A DNA stretch of 64,000 nucleotides. Origin: Thermodesulfobacteriota bacterium. GTDB taxonomy: Bacteria; Desulfobacterota; Desulfobulbia; Desulfobulbales; SURF-16. The stretch lies in NCBI GenBank assembly GCA_039715015.1, contig JBDLIE010000005.1:1-64000 (forward strand). The letters are read 5' to 3'. Positions 10,026 to 18,608 of the stretch are shown in pieces. Below the pieces are notes generated by a model. The model was given only the letters and a program-made list of their open reading frames with translations. It ran no database searches and was not told the origin of the DNA. Numbering within the stretch: position 1 is the first letter of the stretch; the number at the start of each line of letters is the position of its first letter. Both the position numbers and the translations under genes were made by a program.

Positions 10026-10469
10026 ATGGATATACAAGACTCTGAATTCATTACATCACGTATTCCCCACAGGCCTCCTTTTCTTTGGCTTGATTCTATT
10101 ATTTCTCTCACCAATGATGAGATTGTAGCTGAAAAAGAGATTGCTGCTGATCTTGATGTCTTTAATGGCCATTACCCGGATTATCCCATAATGCCAGGGG
10201 TCCTTCTTTGTGAGGCTGTTTTCCAGGCAGGTGCTCTGCTCATATCTGAAAGTCTCAATAAAAATGAGGTTGAGGCTCCAGAAGGTGTTCCTGTCCTTAC
10301 CCGGATTCTCGGGGCTAAATTTAAACGTGAAGTGGTGCCGGGCGATACCATTACCCTGACCGCTGCTCTTGCTGAAAAAGTAGGGCCAGCCTGGTTTATG
10401 AAGGGGTCGGTAAAGGTGGCTGGTAAGGTGGCCGTCAAGGTTGAGTTTGCCTGCACCTTAAAAAGCTAG
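10026..10469 (+). CDS. fabZ: 3-hydroxyacyl-ACP dehydratase (FabZ-like)
   Basis: IPHRPPFL.LD, FNGHYP..PIMPGVL..E, F...V.PGD. Confidence 0.9.
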   Translation: MDIQDSEFITSRIPHRPPFLWLDSIISLTNDEIVAEKEIAADLDVFNGHYPDYPIMPGVLLCEAVFQAGALLISESLNKNEVEAPEGVPVLTRILGAKFKREVVPGDTITLTAALAEKVGPAWFMKGSVKVAGKVAVKVEFACTLKS

Positions 10470-10583
10470 AAGGTAAAGGAGGTACAGAAGGTAAAGGAGG
10501 TACAGAAGAGATGAGTGATTAAAGAAACTTTTTTTGCCTCTTTACATTCATCTAACTTTTCTAACTTCTTTAACTTCTCATCT
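10468..10583. repeat. Inverted 9-mer array (family B)
   Basis: Exact 18-bp tandem agaaggtaaaggaggtac x2 then pyrimidine arm tctaacttttctaacttctttaacttctcatct. Confidence 0.8.
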
Positions 10584-10586
10584 GAA

Positions 10587-11387
10587 ATGAGTTTTCTTGG
10601 ACTGCATGGTAAAAAAATAATTGTCTTTGGCTTGGCAAACAAGAAGTCTGTTGCCTGTGCTATAGGTAAGGTACTTGTGGAAGAGGGCGCGGAGCTGGTC
10701 CATGTAGTTCGCAGCGAGGAGCGGGCCCAGACTGCTCGGAAGCTTTTTCCCAAAAGTCCTGTTTTTATCTGTGACGTTGAGGATGAGGAAAACATTGTCC
10801 GGCTCCGTGATGAGATTAAAGGCAAAATCGATGCCCCTATAGATGGCATCGTTCATTCCATTGCCTTTGCCAACTACTCTGAGGGGATGAAGCCTTTTCA
10901 TGCCACCTTGAAAAAGGATTTTCTTCAAGCCGTGGATATATCCTGCTTTTCCTTTATTTCCATTGCTAATCATTTCAAGGACATGCTTGCTCCTCATGGT
11001 TCCATGGTGACCATTTCCATTTCAGCAACCCGGATGGCAGCTGAGAATTATGGCTATATGGCCCCGGTAAAGGCCGCCCTTGAATCCTCGCTTTGTTTTC
11101 TCACTAAGAGTTTTTCAGCCTTTTCCGAGGTTCGTTTTAACGCAGTTTGCCCCAGTCTGTTAAAAACGTCGGCTTCAGCAGGAATTCCGGGCTATATTGA
11201 CAGCTATCTCTTTGCCGAAAAAGTCATCCCCCGTAAAAAGGCCCTCAAGACTCAAGAGGCTGCCGATGTTGCCGCCTTTTTACTTTCTGAACGTTCCTCC
11301 GGCATGACCGGTCAGTGCCTGGTGGTCGATGCTGGTATGTCCCTTAATTATTTCGATGCCGCGGTGGTGGAAAAGGTCGTAAGTTAA
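10587..11387 (+). CDS. fabI: Enoyl-ACP reductase (FabI-like)
   Basis: [23 protein letters not shown] (Y-x6-K), VDAG; upstream ORF extension is repeat-derived. Confidence 0.88.
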   Translation: MSFLGLHGKKIIVFGLANKKSVACAIGKVLVEEGAELVHVVRSEERAQTARKLFPKSPVFICDVEDEENIVRLRDEIKGKIDAPIDGIVHSIAFANYSEGMKPFHATLKKDFLQAVDISCFSFISIANHFKDMLAPHGSMVTISISATRMAAENYGYMAPVKAALESSLCFLTKSFSAFSEVRFNAVCPSLLKTSASAGIPGYIDSYLFAEKVIPRKKALKTQEAADVAAFLLSERSSGMTGQCLVVDAGMSLNYFDAAVVEKVVS

Positions 11388-11416
11388 TGTTTGCCACGGA
11401 ACCCACGAAATTGTCC

Positions 11417-11557
11417 GAAGAAGTTAAAGAATATAAAGGAGGTAAAGAATGTAGAGGAAGAAGATGAGAATTGTTAGGAGTAGGGGGCAAGGTGCTTGTT
11501 TTTCCTTTACCTTCTCTACCTTCTCTACCTTCTCTATCTTCTCTATCTTCTGTTTTC
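11417..11557. repeat. Inverted 9-mer array (family B)
   Basis: aaagaatat aaaggaggt aaagaatgt agaggaaga ... tctctacct x2, tctctatct x2. Confidence 0.85.
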
Positions 11558-11560
11558 TTC

Positions 11561-12595
11561 ATGAAATATTCCCGCGTTTGTCTCCATAATCCTGGCTATG
11601 CCCTGCCGCCCAATGAGGTCTCTTCGTCTGCAATTGAGGCTCGCCTTGCCCCTGTTTACCAGCGTCTTAAATTACCTGAAGGCCGTCTTGAGTTGATGAG
11701 TGGCATTAAAGCTCGCCGTTTCTGGAACAAAGGAACACGGCCCAGCGATGGTGCTGCCCTGGCCGGCAAAGATGCCATAGCAAAGGCCGGAGTTAAGCCT
11801 GATGAACTTGAGTGTTTAATATTTACCTCTGTCTGCCGGGACATGATGGAGCCTGCTACTGCCGCCTTTGTTCATCGTCAGCTTGACCTGCCTGAAAGAT
11901 GCCAGATCTTTGATCTCTCCAATGCCTGTCTTGGCTTTTTAAACGGCATGATAATGCTGGCCAATATGATTGAGCTTGGCCAGATAAAGAAGGGGATTGT
12001 TGTTGCCGGAGAAACAGCCGAGGACTTGGTGGAATCAACCATTAATCATCTCCTTCAAGACAACAGTCTGACCCGCAAATCCATCAAGCCCGCCTTTGCC
12101 TCCTTTACCATTGGTTCCGGTGCCGTAGCCCTGGTGATGCAGGATAAACAATGTGCTGACACCGGCCACTATCTGGTTGGTGGTGCCTGCCGGGCCAATA
12201 CAACCCATAATGATCTTTGCCAGGGCGGCCAGGCCGGTACCGAAGGCGTGCTCATGGCCACTGATTCTGAGCAACTTCTCCAAGAGGGCGTCGACACCGC
12301 TGCCCTTTGCTGGCAGGACTTTCTGCCAGAGCTTAATTGGCAAAAAGATGATATAGATCGTTTTTTCTGCCATCAGGTGGGCAGGGCCCATGCCCAGCTC
12401 CTTTTTGAGACCCTGGATCTTGACCCTGCCAAAAATTTTGAAACATTGCCTGTGCTGGGCAATGTCGGTTCTGTCTCGGCACCTATTACCATGGCCATGG
12501 GTATAGAGCAGGAGGTCCTCAGGAACGGGGACAGGGCCGCCCTGTTGGGTATTGGCAGCGGCATCAACTCCCTTATGCTTGGCATTGACTGGTAA
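11561..12595 (+). CDS. oleA: OleA thiolase-fold head-to-head condensing enzyme
   Basis: EPATA, NACLG, CHQVG, GNVGS, GIGSG; first of four ole-type genes. Confidence 0.88.
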   Translation: MKYSRVCLHNPGYALPPNEVSSSAIEARLAPVYQRLKLPEGRLELMSGIKARRFWNKGTRPSDGAALAGKDAIAKAGVKPDELECLIFTSVCRDMMEPATAAFVHRQLDLPERCQIFDLSNACLGFLNGMIMLANMIELGQIKKGIVVAGETAEDLVESTINHLLQDNSLTRKSIKPAFASFTIGSGAVALVMQDKQCADTGHYLVGGACRANTTHNDLCQGGQAGTEGVLMATDSEQLLQEGVDTAALCWQDFLPELNWQKDDIDRFFCHQVGRAHAQLLFETLDLDPAKNFETLPVLGNVGSVSAPITMAMGIEQEVLRNGDRAALLGIGSGINSLMLGIDW

Positions 12596-13473
12596 TGGAG
12601 AATCTAGCTCAGTATCCCTTTTCCCCGAAGACCATCACCATTAATGGCAACCGTCTTTCCTACCTTGATGAGGGGCAGGGGCCTGTTTTGGTCATGCTGC
12701 ACGGCAACCCTTCCTGGTCCTATCTCTACCGGAACCTGGTCAGTCATCTCCGTGATCGTTTTCGGATCATTGTCCCTGATCACATGGGGTGCGGTTTTTC
12801 TGATAAGCCCCAGGATTACGCCTATACCTTACGAACCCATATTGATAATCTCACTACGCTGCTAGATCATCTTGATGTAGAGCAATGTAGCTTGGTAGTC
12901 CATGATTGGGGCGGAGCCATAGGCATGGGTTGGGCCGTTGATCATCCGGAGAAGGTTGATAAGATTTGTGTCTTGAACACCGCCGCCTTTTTGTCCAAGC
13001 GCATTCCCCTGCGTATCAATATCTGCCGTATCCCTGTTGTCGGGAAGATGATTGTGCAAGGCTGTAATGGTTTTGCCTGGCCGGCGACCTTTATGGCGGT
13101 GACAAAAAAAATGACTAAAGAGGTGGCTCAGGGATTTTTATACCCTTATGATTCCTGGGCCCATCGAATAGCCACCCATCGTTTTGTTCTGGATATACCT
13201 TTGCAAAAAAAGCACCCATCCTGGCCAGATCTGGCCCATATTGATAAAAGTCTGGCTAAGCTTAAGGGCAAACCCATGCTCCTGTGCTGGGGCGGCAAGG
13301 ATTTTTGTTTTAATGACCATTTTTACAAGGAGTGGCAGCACCGTTTCCCTGCTGCCCAATGCCATTATTTCCCTGCTGCCGGTCATTATATTCTTGAAGA
13401 CGCCTTTGATGAAGTGGCTCCCTTGATTGACAAATTCTTTTCCAATTCAAAGAGTAGTGCTGATGAATTTTAA
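12595..13473 (+). CDS. oleB: OleB alpha/beta hydrolase (beta-lactone decarboxylase)
   Basis: HGNPSW, HDWGG, GHY; haloalkane-dehalogenase-like; synteny. Confidence 0.88.
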   Translation: MENLAQYPFSPKTITINGNRLSYLDEGQGPVLVMLHGNPSWSYLYRNLVSHLRDRFRIIVPDHMGCGFSDKPQDYAYTLRTHIDNLTTLLDHLDVEQCSLVVHDWGGAIGMGWAVDHPEKVDKICVLNTAAFLSKRIPLRINICRIPVVGKMIVQGCNGFAWPATFMAVTKKMTKEVAQGFLYPYDSWAHRIATHRFVLDIPLQKKHPSWPDLAHIDKSLAKLKGKPMLLCWGGKDFCFNDHFYKEWQHRFPAAQCHYFPAAGHYILEDAFDEVAPLIDKFFSNSKSSADEF

Positions 13474-15079
13474 TATCGCCCAAACCTTCGCCGATGTAGC
13501 CGCCGAGCGACCTGCCGAGGTTGCTTTGGTTCAAGGAAAGAGGGGTAGATATCAAGAGTGCACTTTTAAAGATCTCCACGAGCAAAGCGCCCTTTATGTC
13601 GCAGCCTTAAAAGGGCAGGGGATTTGCCCGGGGCAGCGGGTTATGCTGATGGTGCCCCCGTCGCTGGAGTTTCTCTCCCTCACCTTTGCCTTGTTTAGCC
13701 TGGGCGCCACGGTTATTCTCATTGATCCAGGTATGGGGTATAAGAATCTTCTACGCTGCATTGGTGCTGTCAGGCCTGATGTCTTGATCGCCATTCCTAA
13801 GGCCCATATCTTTAAGCTCATCTTTCCCCGGCCTTTTCAGACTATCTGCACCAATATCTGTGTTGGGAGATCCTTGGGAATCTTCGGCCATTCCTTGGCC
13901 ACCATATGCTCTCAGGTTGAACCTGATTTTAAGGTCTTTGAGGCCGGTGAAGATGATTTGGCTGCTATCATTTTCACCACTGGTTCCACGGGGCCGCCTA
14001 AAGGTGTCCAGTATAGCCATGGGATTTTCCATGCCCAGCTTGAGCTAATCCGCTCCTATTATAAGATTGGCCCGGGTGAAATCGACCAGCCTGCCTTTCC
14101 CCTCTTTGCACTTTTTTCTACAGCTCTCGGCGCTAGGGCGGTCTTGCCCGACATGAATCCTGCTAAACCCGCCCAGGTCAATCCTGAGGAATTTATCCGC
14201 TCTCTTAATGATCAGGGTGTGACCTATTCTTTTGGTTCTCCTGCAATCTGGAGCGTTGTGAGCCGTTATTGTCTGCAAAAAAAGATTGTTTTACCTCTTA
14301 AAAAAATCCTCATGGCCGGCGCCCCTGTTTCCGGGGAACTTATTGAGCATGTTCTAGAAATTATGGCCCCGGGGGGAGAGGTACATACCCCTTACGGTGC
14401 CACTGAGAGCCTGCCTATTTCCTCTATGGCCGGCACTGAGGTCGTTGACGAAACATGGGCCCAAACTCAGATTGGCAAGGGAACGTGTGTTGGCAGACCG
14501 TTACCCGGGATCACCATCAAAGTCATGAGGGTTGCGACAAGGCCAGTGGAAAATTATAGCCAGGTTGCAATTCTCCCAGTTGGTGAAATTGGTGAAATTA
14601 TTGTTAAAGGACCTGTGGTGACTCGGGCCTATGATCATAATCCCGAGGAAAGTTACGCAGCTAAGATACAGGATGGCGATTCATTCTGGCACCGCATGGG
14701 CGATATGGGATATTTTGATGATAAGGGCCGTCTCTGGTTTTGTGGACGAAAGGCCCATCGGGTCCTGACTTCCCACGGGCCACTCTACACTATCCCCTGC
14801 GAGGCGATTTTCAATGTCCATAAGGATGTTTATCGAACAGCCCTTGTGGGAATAGGCCCGGCGGGGCGCCAGACCCCGGTTCTATGTGTCGAATGCCGAG
14901 ATCAAAAGTGCGACAAGGAACGGCTTGCCATGGAGCTGCGGGCCCTTGGTATCCAAAATAAGGTGACAAGAGGGATAGATGAAATCCTCTTTCATCCGGC
15001 ATTCCCGGTGGATATCCGTCATAATGCCAAAATCTTCAGAGAGAAGTTGGCTGTTTGGGCTGCTCGAAAATTAGGGTAA
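13463..15079 (+). CDS. oleC: OleC AMP-forming beta-lactone synthetase
   Basis: TTGSTGPPKG, PYGATE, HRMGD, FPVDIRHNAKI. Confidence 0.9.
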   Translation: MNFNIAQTFADVAAERPAEVALVQGKRGRYQECTFKDLHEQSALYVAALKGQGICPGQRVMLMVPPSLEFLSLTFALFSLGATVILIDPGMGYKNLLRCIGAVRPDVLIAIPKAHIFKLIFPRPFQTICTNICVGRSLGIFGHSLATICSQVEPDFKVFEAGEDDLAAIIFTTGSTGPPKGVQYSHGIFHAQLELIRSYYKIGPGEIDQPAFPLFALFSTALGARAVLPDMNPAKPAQVNPEEFIRSLNDQGVTYSFGSPAIWSVVSRYCLQKKIVLPLKKILMAGAPVSGELIEHVLEIMAPGGEVHTPYGATESLPISSMAGTEVVDETWAQTQIGKGTCVGRPLPGITIKVMRVATRPVENYSQVAILPVGEIGEIIVKGPVVTRAYDHNPEESYAAKIQDGDSFWHRMGDMGYFDDKGRLWFCGRKAHRVLTSHGPLYTIPCEAIFNVHKDVYRTALVGIGPAGRQTPVLCVECRDQKCDKERLAMELRALGIQNKVTRGIDEILFHPAFPVDIRHNAKIFREKLAVWAARKLG

Positions 15080-15097
15080 GCAGGGAGCAGAGAAAAG

Positions 15098-16096
15098 ATG
15101 AAAAATGTCCTGGTAACTGGTGGGGGAGGGTTTATCGGTCTTGGTATTGTCCGTTCCCTCTGTAAAATGGGAGTTCGTACCTTGGTGGTGGGCCGCCATC
15201 GCTATCCTGCCGTTGAAGAACTGGGAGCCCATTGTTTAGTCGGTGACATCCGCGATAAAGAGTTCATGGTTCAGGCCTGCTGTAATGTTGATACGGTCTT
15301 TCATGTGGCTGCTAAGGCTGGTGTTTGGGGAAGTTGGGACGATTATTTTGGCATTAATGTTAAAGGCACAGAGAATATTATTGCCGCTTGCCAGGAAAAT
15401 TTGGTCTCCCGTTTGGTCTATACCAGTACCCCTAGCGTTGTGTTTGATCGTGGTCATTTGCGCGGTGTTGATGAGACAGTACCCTATGCAGAGGATGTTC
15501 TTTGCCATTATGCTCGGAGCAAAATCATGGCAGAAATCCTTGTTCTTCAAGCCAACAGTCCCACCTTGAGGACCACAGCGCTCCGCCCTCATCTTGTTTG
15601 GGGACCTGGCGATACGAATCTCATCCCTCGCCTCATCAAGCGTGGTCGTGCCGGCAGCCTGAAGATTGTCGGTGATGGCCGAAATAAAGTTGATATATCG
15701 TATATCGATAACGTAGTGGATGCCCATATTCAGGCTGCTATTAATTTAGAGCGATACGGTACGGCAGCAGGTGAGATCTTTTTTATCTCCCAGGGAGAGC
15801 CTGTTAAACTCTGGGAATGGATTAATGATCTCTTTGTTCAGCTCGCCATTCCGCCAGTGGCCAAGTCCATTACCTTTGATAAGGCCTATAAAATTGGTTT
15901 TCTTCTGGAGAAGATCTATGGATTCCTGCGCATCAAAAGGGAACCGAAGATGACCCGTTTTGTTGCTGAGCAGCTCGCTAAATCACACTGGTTTTCAATC
16001 AAAAAGGCAGAAAAGGTTCTGCCCTATACCCCAAGGGTGTCAACCGCTGAAGGAGTAAAAAGGGTAGTGGCCTGGGTCCGTGAGGTGGGCCTGTGA
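15098..16096 (+). CDS. oleD: OleD 2-alkyl-3-oxoalkanoate reductase (3-beta-HSD family)
   Basis: GGGGFIG, YTSTPSV, YARSK, LRPHLVWGPGD. Confidence 0.9.
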   Translation: MKNVLVTGGGGFIGLGIVRSLCKMGVRTLVVGRHRYPAVEELGAHCLVGDIRDKEFMVQACCNVDTVFHVAAKAGVWGSWDDYFGINVKGTENIIAACQENLVSRLVYTSTPSVVFDRGHLRGVDETVPYAEDVLCHYARSKIMAEILVLQANSPTLRTTALRPHLVWGPGDTNLIPRLIKRGRAGSLKIVGDGRNKVDISYIDNVVDAHIQAAINLERYGTAAGEIFFISQGEPVKLWEWINDLFVQLAIPPVAKSITFDKAYKIGFLLEKIYGFLRIKREPKMTRFVAEQLAKSHWFSIKKAEKVLPYTPRVSTAEGVKRVVAWVREVGL

Positions 16097-16527
16097 GAGG
16101 AAAATGTGGGGGGCTGCTTGTTGCCTGCCAGTTTGTTTTTCTCGCCTTGCTGATTGCAACAACCAGCTGGCGCGATCTAAACCTCCTTGCCCTCCCATTT
16201 TTTCTTGCCTCACTCTTTTTGGCTGGCTGGGCCATCAAGGTGATGCGCCTTGGTCATTTTAATATCAGGCCGGCAATAAAAGAGGGCGCTATTCTTGTCA
16301 CCCATGGTCCCTACCGCTATATCAGGCATCCCATGTATGCCAGTATCTTGCTTGCCGGTACCGGCCTTCTTCTGATTACTTTTAATTGGCTTCGTCTCTG
16401 TGCGTTTTGTCTTTTGTGGCTTGTTTTATATCTTAAACTTCGTATGGAAGAAAAACTTTTGGAGCAGCATTTCCCCGACTACTTATCCTATAAAAAACGT
16501 TCTCGTTTTTTTTCTCCCTGGTTCTGA
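16093..16527 (+). CDS. ICMT/PEMT-family integral membrane methyltransferase
   Basis: GPYRYIRHPMY, EEK.L..HF..Y..Y. Confidence 0.85.
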   Translation: MRGKCGGLLVACQFVFLALLIATTSWRDLNLLALPFFLASLFLAGWAIKVMRLGHFNIRPAIKEGAILVTHGPYRYIRHPMYASILLAGTGLLLITFNWLRLCAFCLLWLVLYLKLRMEEKLLEQHFPDYLSYKKRSRFFSPWF

Positions 16528-16569
16528 GAGTTTAATTCTCATTTTTCTTGCTATCTAAGGTAAAAGAGC

Positions 16570-16593
16570 TAAGATGACCACCTGGTCATCTTA
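16570..16593. promoter_or_regulatory. Perfect palindrome, putative TetR autoregulatory operator
   Basis: TAAGATGACCA-CC-TGGTCATCTTA abutting the tetR ATG and overlapping a TAAGAT -10-like hexamer. Confidence 0.7.
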
Positions 16594-17249
16594 TGGATTT
16601 TCACAAACTTGAAAAAGGCACATTTGCCAATTTAGCCGACGAAAAGCAGCATGCCATAATGAAGGCGGCGATCTTTGAGTTCGCCTCTCAGGGCTACCAG
16701 AAGGCGAGTTGTAACAGTGTCGTTAAGGAAGCTGGAATTTCTAAGGGCTCCCTGTTTCAATATTTCGGCAGTAAAGAAGGCCTCTTTCTTTTTGTCTTTG
16801 GCCGCTTTATTGGCAAGGTGAAAGCTTCGGTGAAAGAGGCAACCACCAGGAAGACAGATTTTTTTGATCTCGTACAGGCCATTTTGGTAGCTGGTTTGCA
16901 GTTTGTTGATAGCTACCCGCAATATTTTCAGATGTACCTCCGGGTTCTCTTTGAGCAGGAGATCCCGCGCAGGGAGGAGCTGTTGGCTGAAGTCCGCCTC
17001 TTCTCCAGGGAGTATTTCGGCCCCCATTGCCAAGCTGCTCAGGAACAGGGCATCATTCGCAATGATATTGCGGTTGAAATGGTCATCTTCATGCTTGATG
17101 CGGCTATTGATCGTTTTTTGCAGGCCTATGCCAGGCCCTATCTCGACAGTGGTCTCGGCCTGGCTGGTTTGAGCAAGAAAGAGCTGCAGGAGAGGGTGGC
17201 GGAATTACTCATTGTTTTAAAGGATGGCTTAAGGCCTGCCACTAAATAA
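16593..17249 (+). CDS. TetR/AcrR-family regulator
   Basis: N-terminal HTH: EFASQGY...AGISKGSLFQYFGSKEGL. Confidence 0.92.
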   Translation: MDFHKLEKGTFANLADEKQHAIMKAAIFEFASQGYQKASCNSVVKEAGISKGSLFQYFGSKEGLFLFVFGRFIGKVKASVKEATTRKTDFFDLVQAILVAGLQFVDSYPQYFQMYLRVLFEQEIPRREELLAEVRLFSREYFGPHCQAAQEQGIIRNDIAVEMVIFMLDAAIDRFLQAYARPYLDSGLGLAGLSKKELQERVAELLIVLKDGLRPATK

Positions 17250-17362
17250 GAATTTGAGGAATAAGAAATAAGAAGTTGAGAAGAAGGTACTTTTCTTTAT
17301 TGATAACCTTTCCTTCTATTTATTTCTCAACTTCTCAAATTCTTGTTTCTCAAATTCTCAAC
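17244..17362. repeat. Inverted 7/8-mer array, family A, gene-less site
   Basis: aaataagaatttgaggaataagaaataagaagttgag ... tatttctcaacttctcaaattcttgtttctcaaattct. Confidence 0.8.
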
Positions 17363-17385
17363 AATAATTCAACATAGATAGAAAA

Positions 17386-18480
17386 ATGGAATCACTAGTA
17401 ATTAAAGCAGGGTTAGGGGATATTCTTGACAAGGTGAAGAGTGGTGAGCGTATCACCAGAGAGGAGGGGGTTCGTCTCTATGAATGTCCTGATCTCCTTG
17501 CTGTTGGCTATCTTGCCAATTTGGTGCGGGAACGCAAGAATGGCCATAGGGCTTACTTTATCTACAATCAGCACCTCAACTATTCAAATATCTGCACCAA
17601 TCTCTGTAAGTTCTGTGCCTTTGGTAAAGAAAAGGATACCGACAAATCGTACGAGATGACTGTGGACGAGGCCATTGGCAAGGTGCGTGACCGTCTTGAT
17701 GAACCTATCACGGAGGTTCATATGGTGGGTGGCATTCATCCTGATCTCCCCTTTTCTTACTACACCGATATTCTCAAGGGCATCAAAGATGTCCGCCCCG
17801 ATATCCATATCCAGGCCTTTACCTGTGTTGAGATTGATCACCTGGCCAAACTTGCCGAAAAGCCGGTGAAAGAAACCCTGGAAATCCTCATGGATGCGGG
17901 TCTTGATTCCATCCCCGGGGGCGGTGCTGAAGTTTTTAGCCCCCGCATTAGGGAAAAAACCTGCCCGGATAAGCTCTCCGGTGAGGGGTGGCTCGAGGTG
18001 GCGAAAACCGCCCATCGTCTTGGCTTAAACACCAATGCCACCATGCTCTACGGCCATATCGAAACCATAGAGGAACGGGTCGAGCATCTTGCCGCTCTTC
18101 GTGAGGCCCAGGATGAAACTGGTGGCTTCCTGGCCTTTATTCCCCTGGCCTTTCATCCCAAGAATACCGAGATGGACGATCTCTCCCGGACTTCAGGTGT
18201 TGATGACCTGAAGAATATCGCTGTTTCCCGGATCTTCCTTGATAACTTCCCTCATATCAAGGCCTATTGGGTCATGATCGGCCCCAAGATGGCCCAAGTT
18301 GCCCTTTCGTTTGGCGCTGATGACGTGGACGGCACTGTCAAGGAGGAGATCATCACCCATATGGCAGGAGCTGAAACCGAACAGGCCATGGCCATTCCTG
18401 AGCTTGTCCGGATCATCAAGGAGGCTGGCCGCACTCCTATCCAGCGCGGCACTCTGTATGATGTTGTTAAGGAATATTGA
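17386..18480 (+). CDS. mqnE: Aminofutalosine synthase (radical SAM)
   Basis: CTNLCKFC, EVHMVGG, PGGGAE, HIKAYW. Confidence 0.9.
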   Translation: MESLVIKAGLGDILDKVKSGERITREEGVRLYECPDLLAVGYLANLVRERKNGHRAYFIYNQHLNYSNICTNLCKFCAFGKEKDTDKSYEMTVDEAIGKVRDRLDEPITEVHMVGGIHPDLPFSYYTDILKGIKDVRPDIHIQAFTCVEIDHLAKLAEKPVKETLEILMDAGLDSIPGGGAEVFSPRIREKTCPDKLSGEGWLEVAKTAHRLGLNTNATMLYGHIETIEERVEHLAALREAQDETGGFLAFIPLAFHPKNTEMDDLSRTSGVDDLKNIAVSRIFLDNFPHIKAYWVMIGPKMAQVALSFGADDVDGTVKEEIITHMAGAETEQAMAIPELVRIIKEAGRTPIQRGTLYDVVKEY

Positions 18481-18608
18481 TGGCCACCTTGTACTCATAC
18501 AAAATGGCTAATTTTTTGAGACACCCTTGAGAAACTTTTTCAAAGAGGAGAATGAAGAAAAACTCAGAGTTAGAAGATCGTTCTCTTTTGTTGTGAGTAA
18601 TAAAAAAA

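Noticed and set aside
4290..11387. Aryl polyene or complete ladderane cluster
   Set aside because: No chain-length factor, aryl starter or glycosyl/acyltransferases; the only radical SAM genes are clear MqnE/MqnC
10515..11560. N-terminal extensions of FabI (10515) and OleA (11471), and ORFs 10466-10849 and 11344-11562
   Set aside because: Low-complexity translations of the 9-mer arrays; family homology begins at 10587 and 11561
5546..17362. CRISPR array interpretation of the recurring intergenic repeats
   Set aside because: No regularly spaced direct repeats with unique spacers and no cas genes
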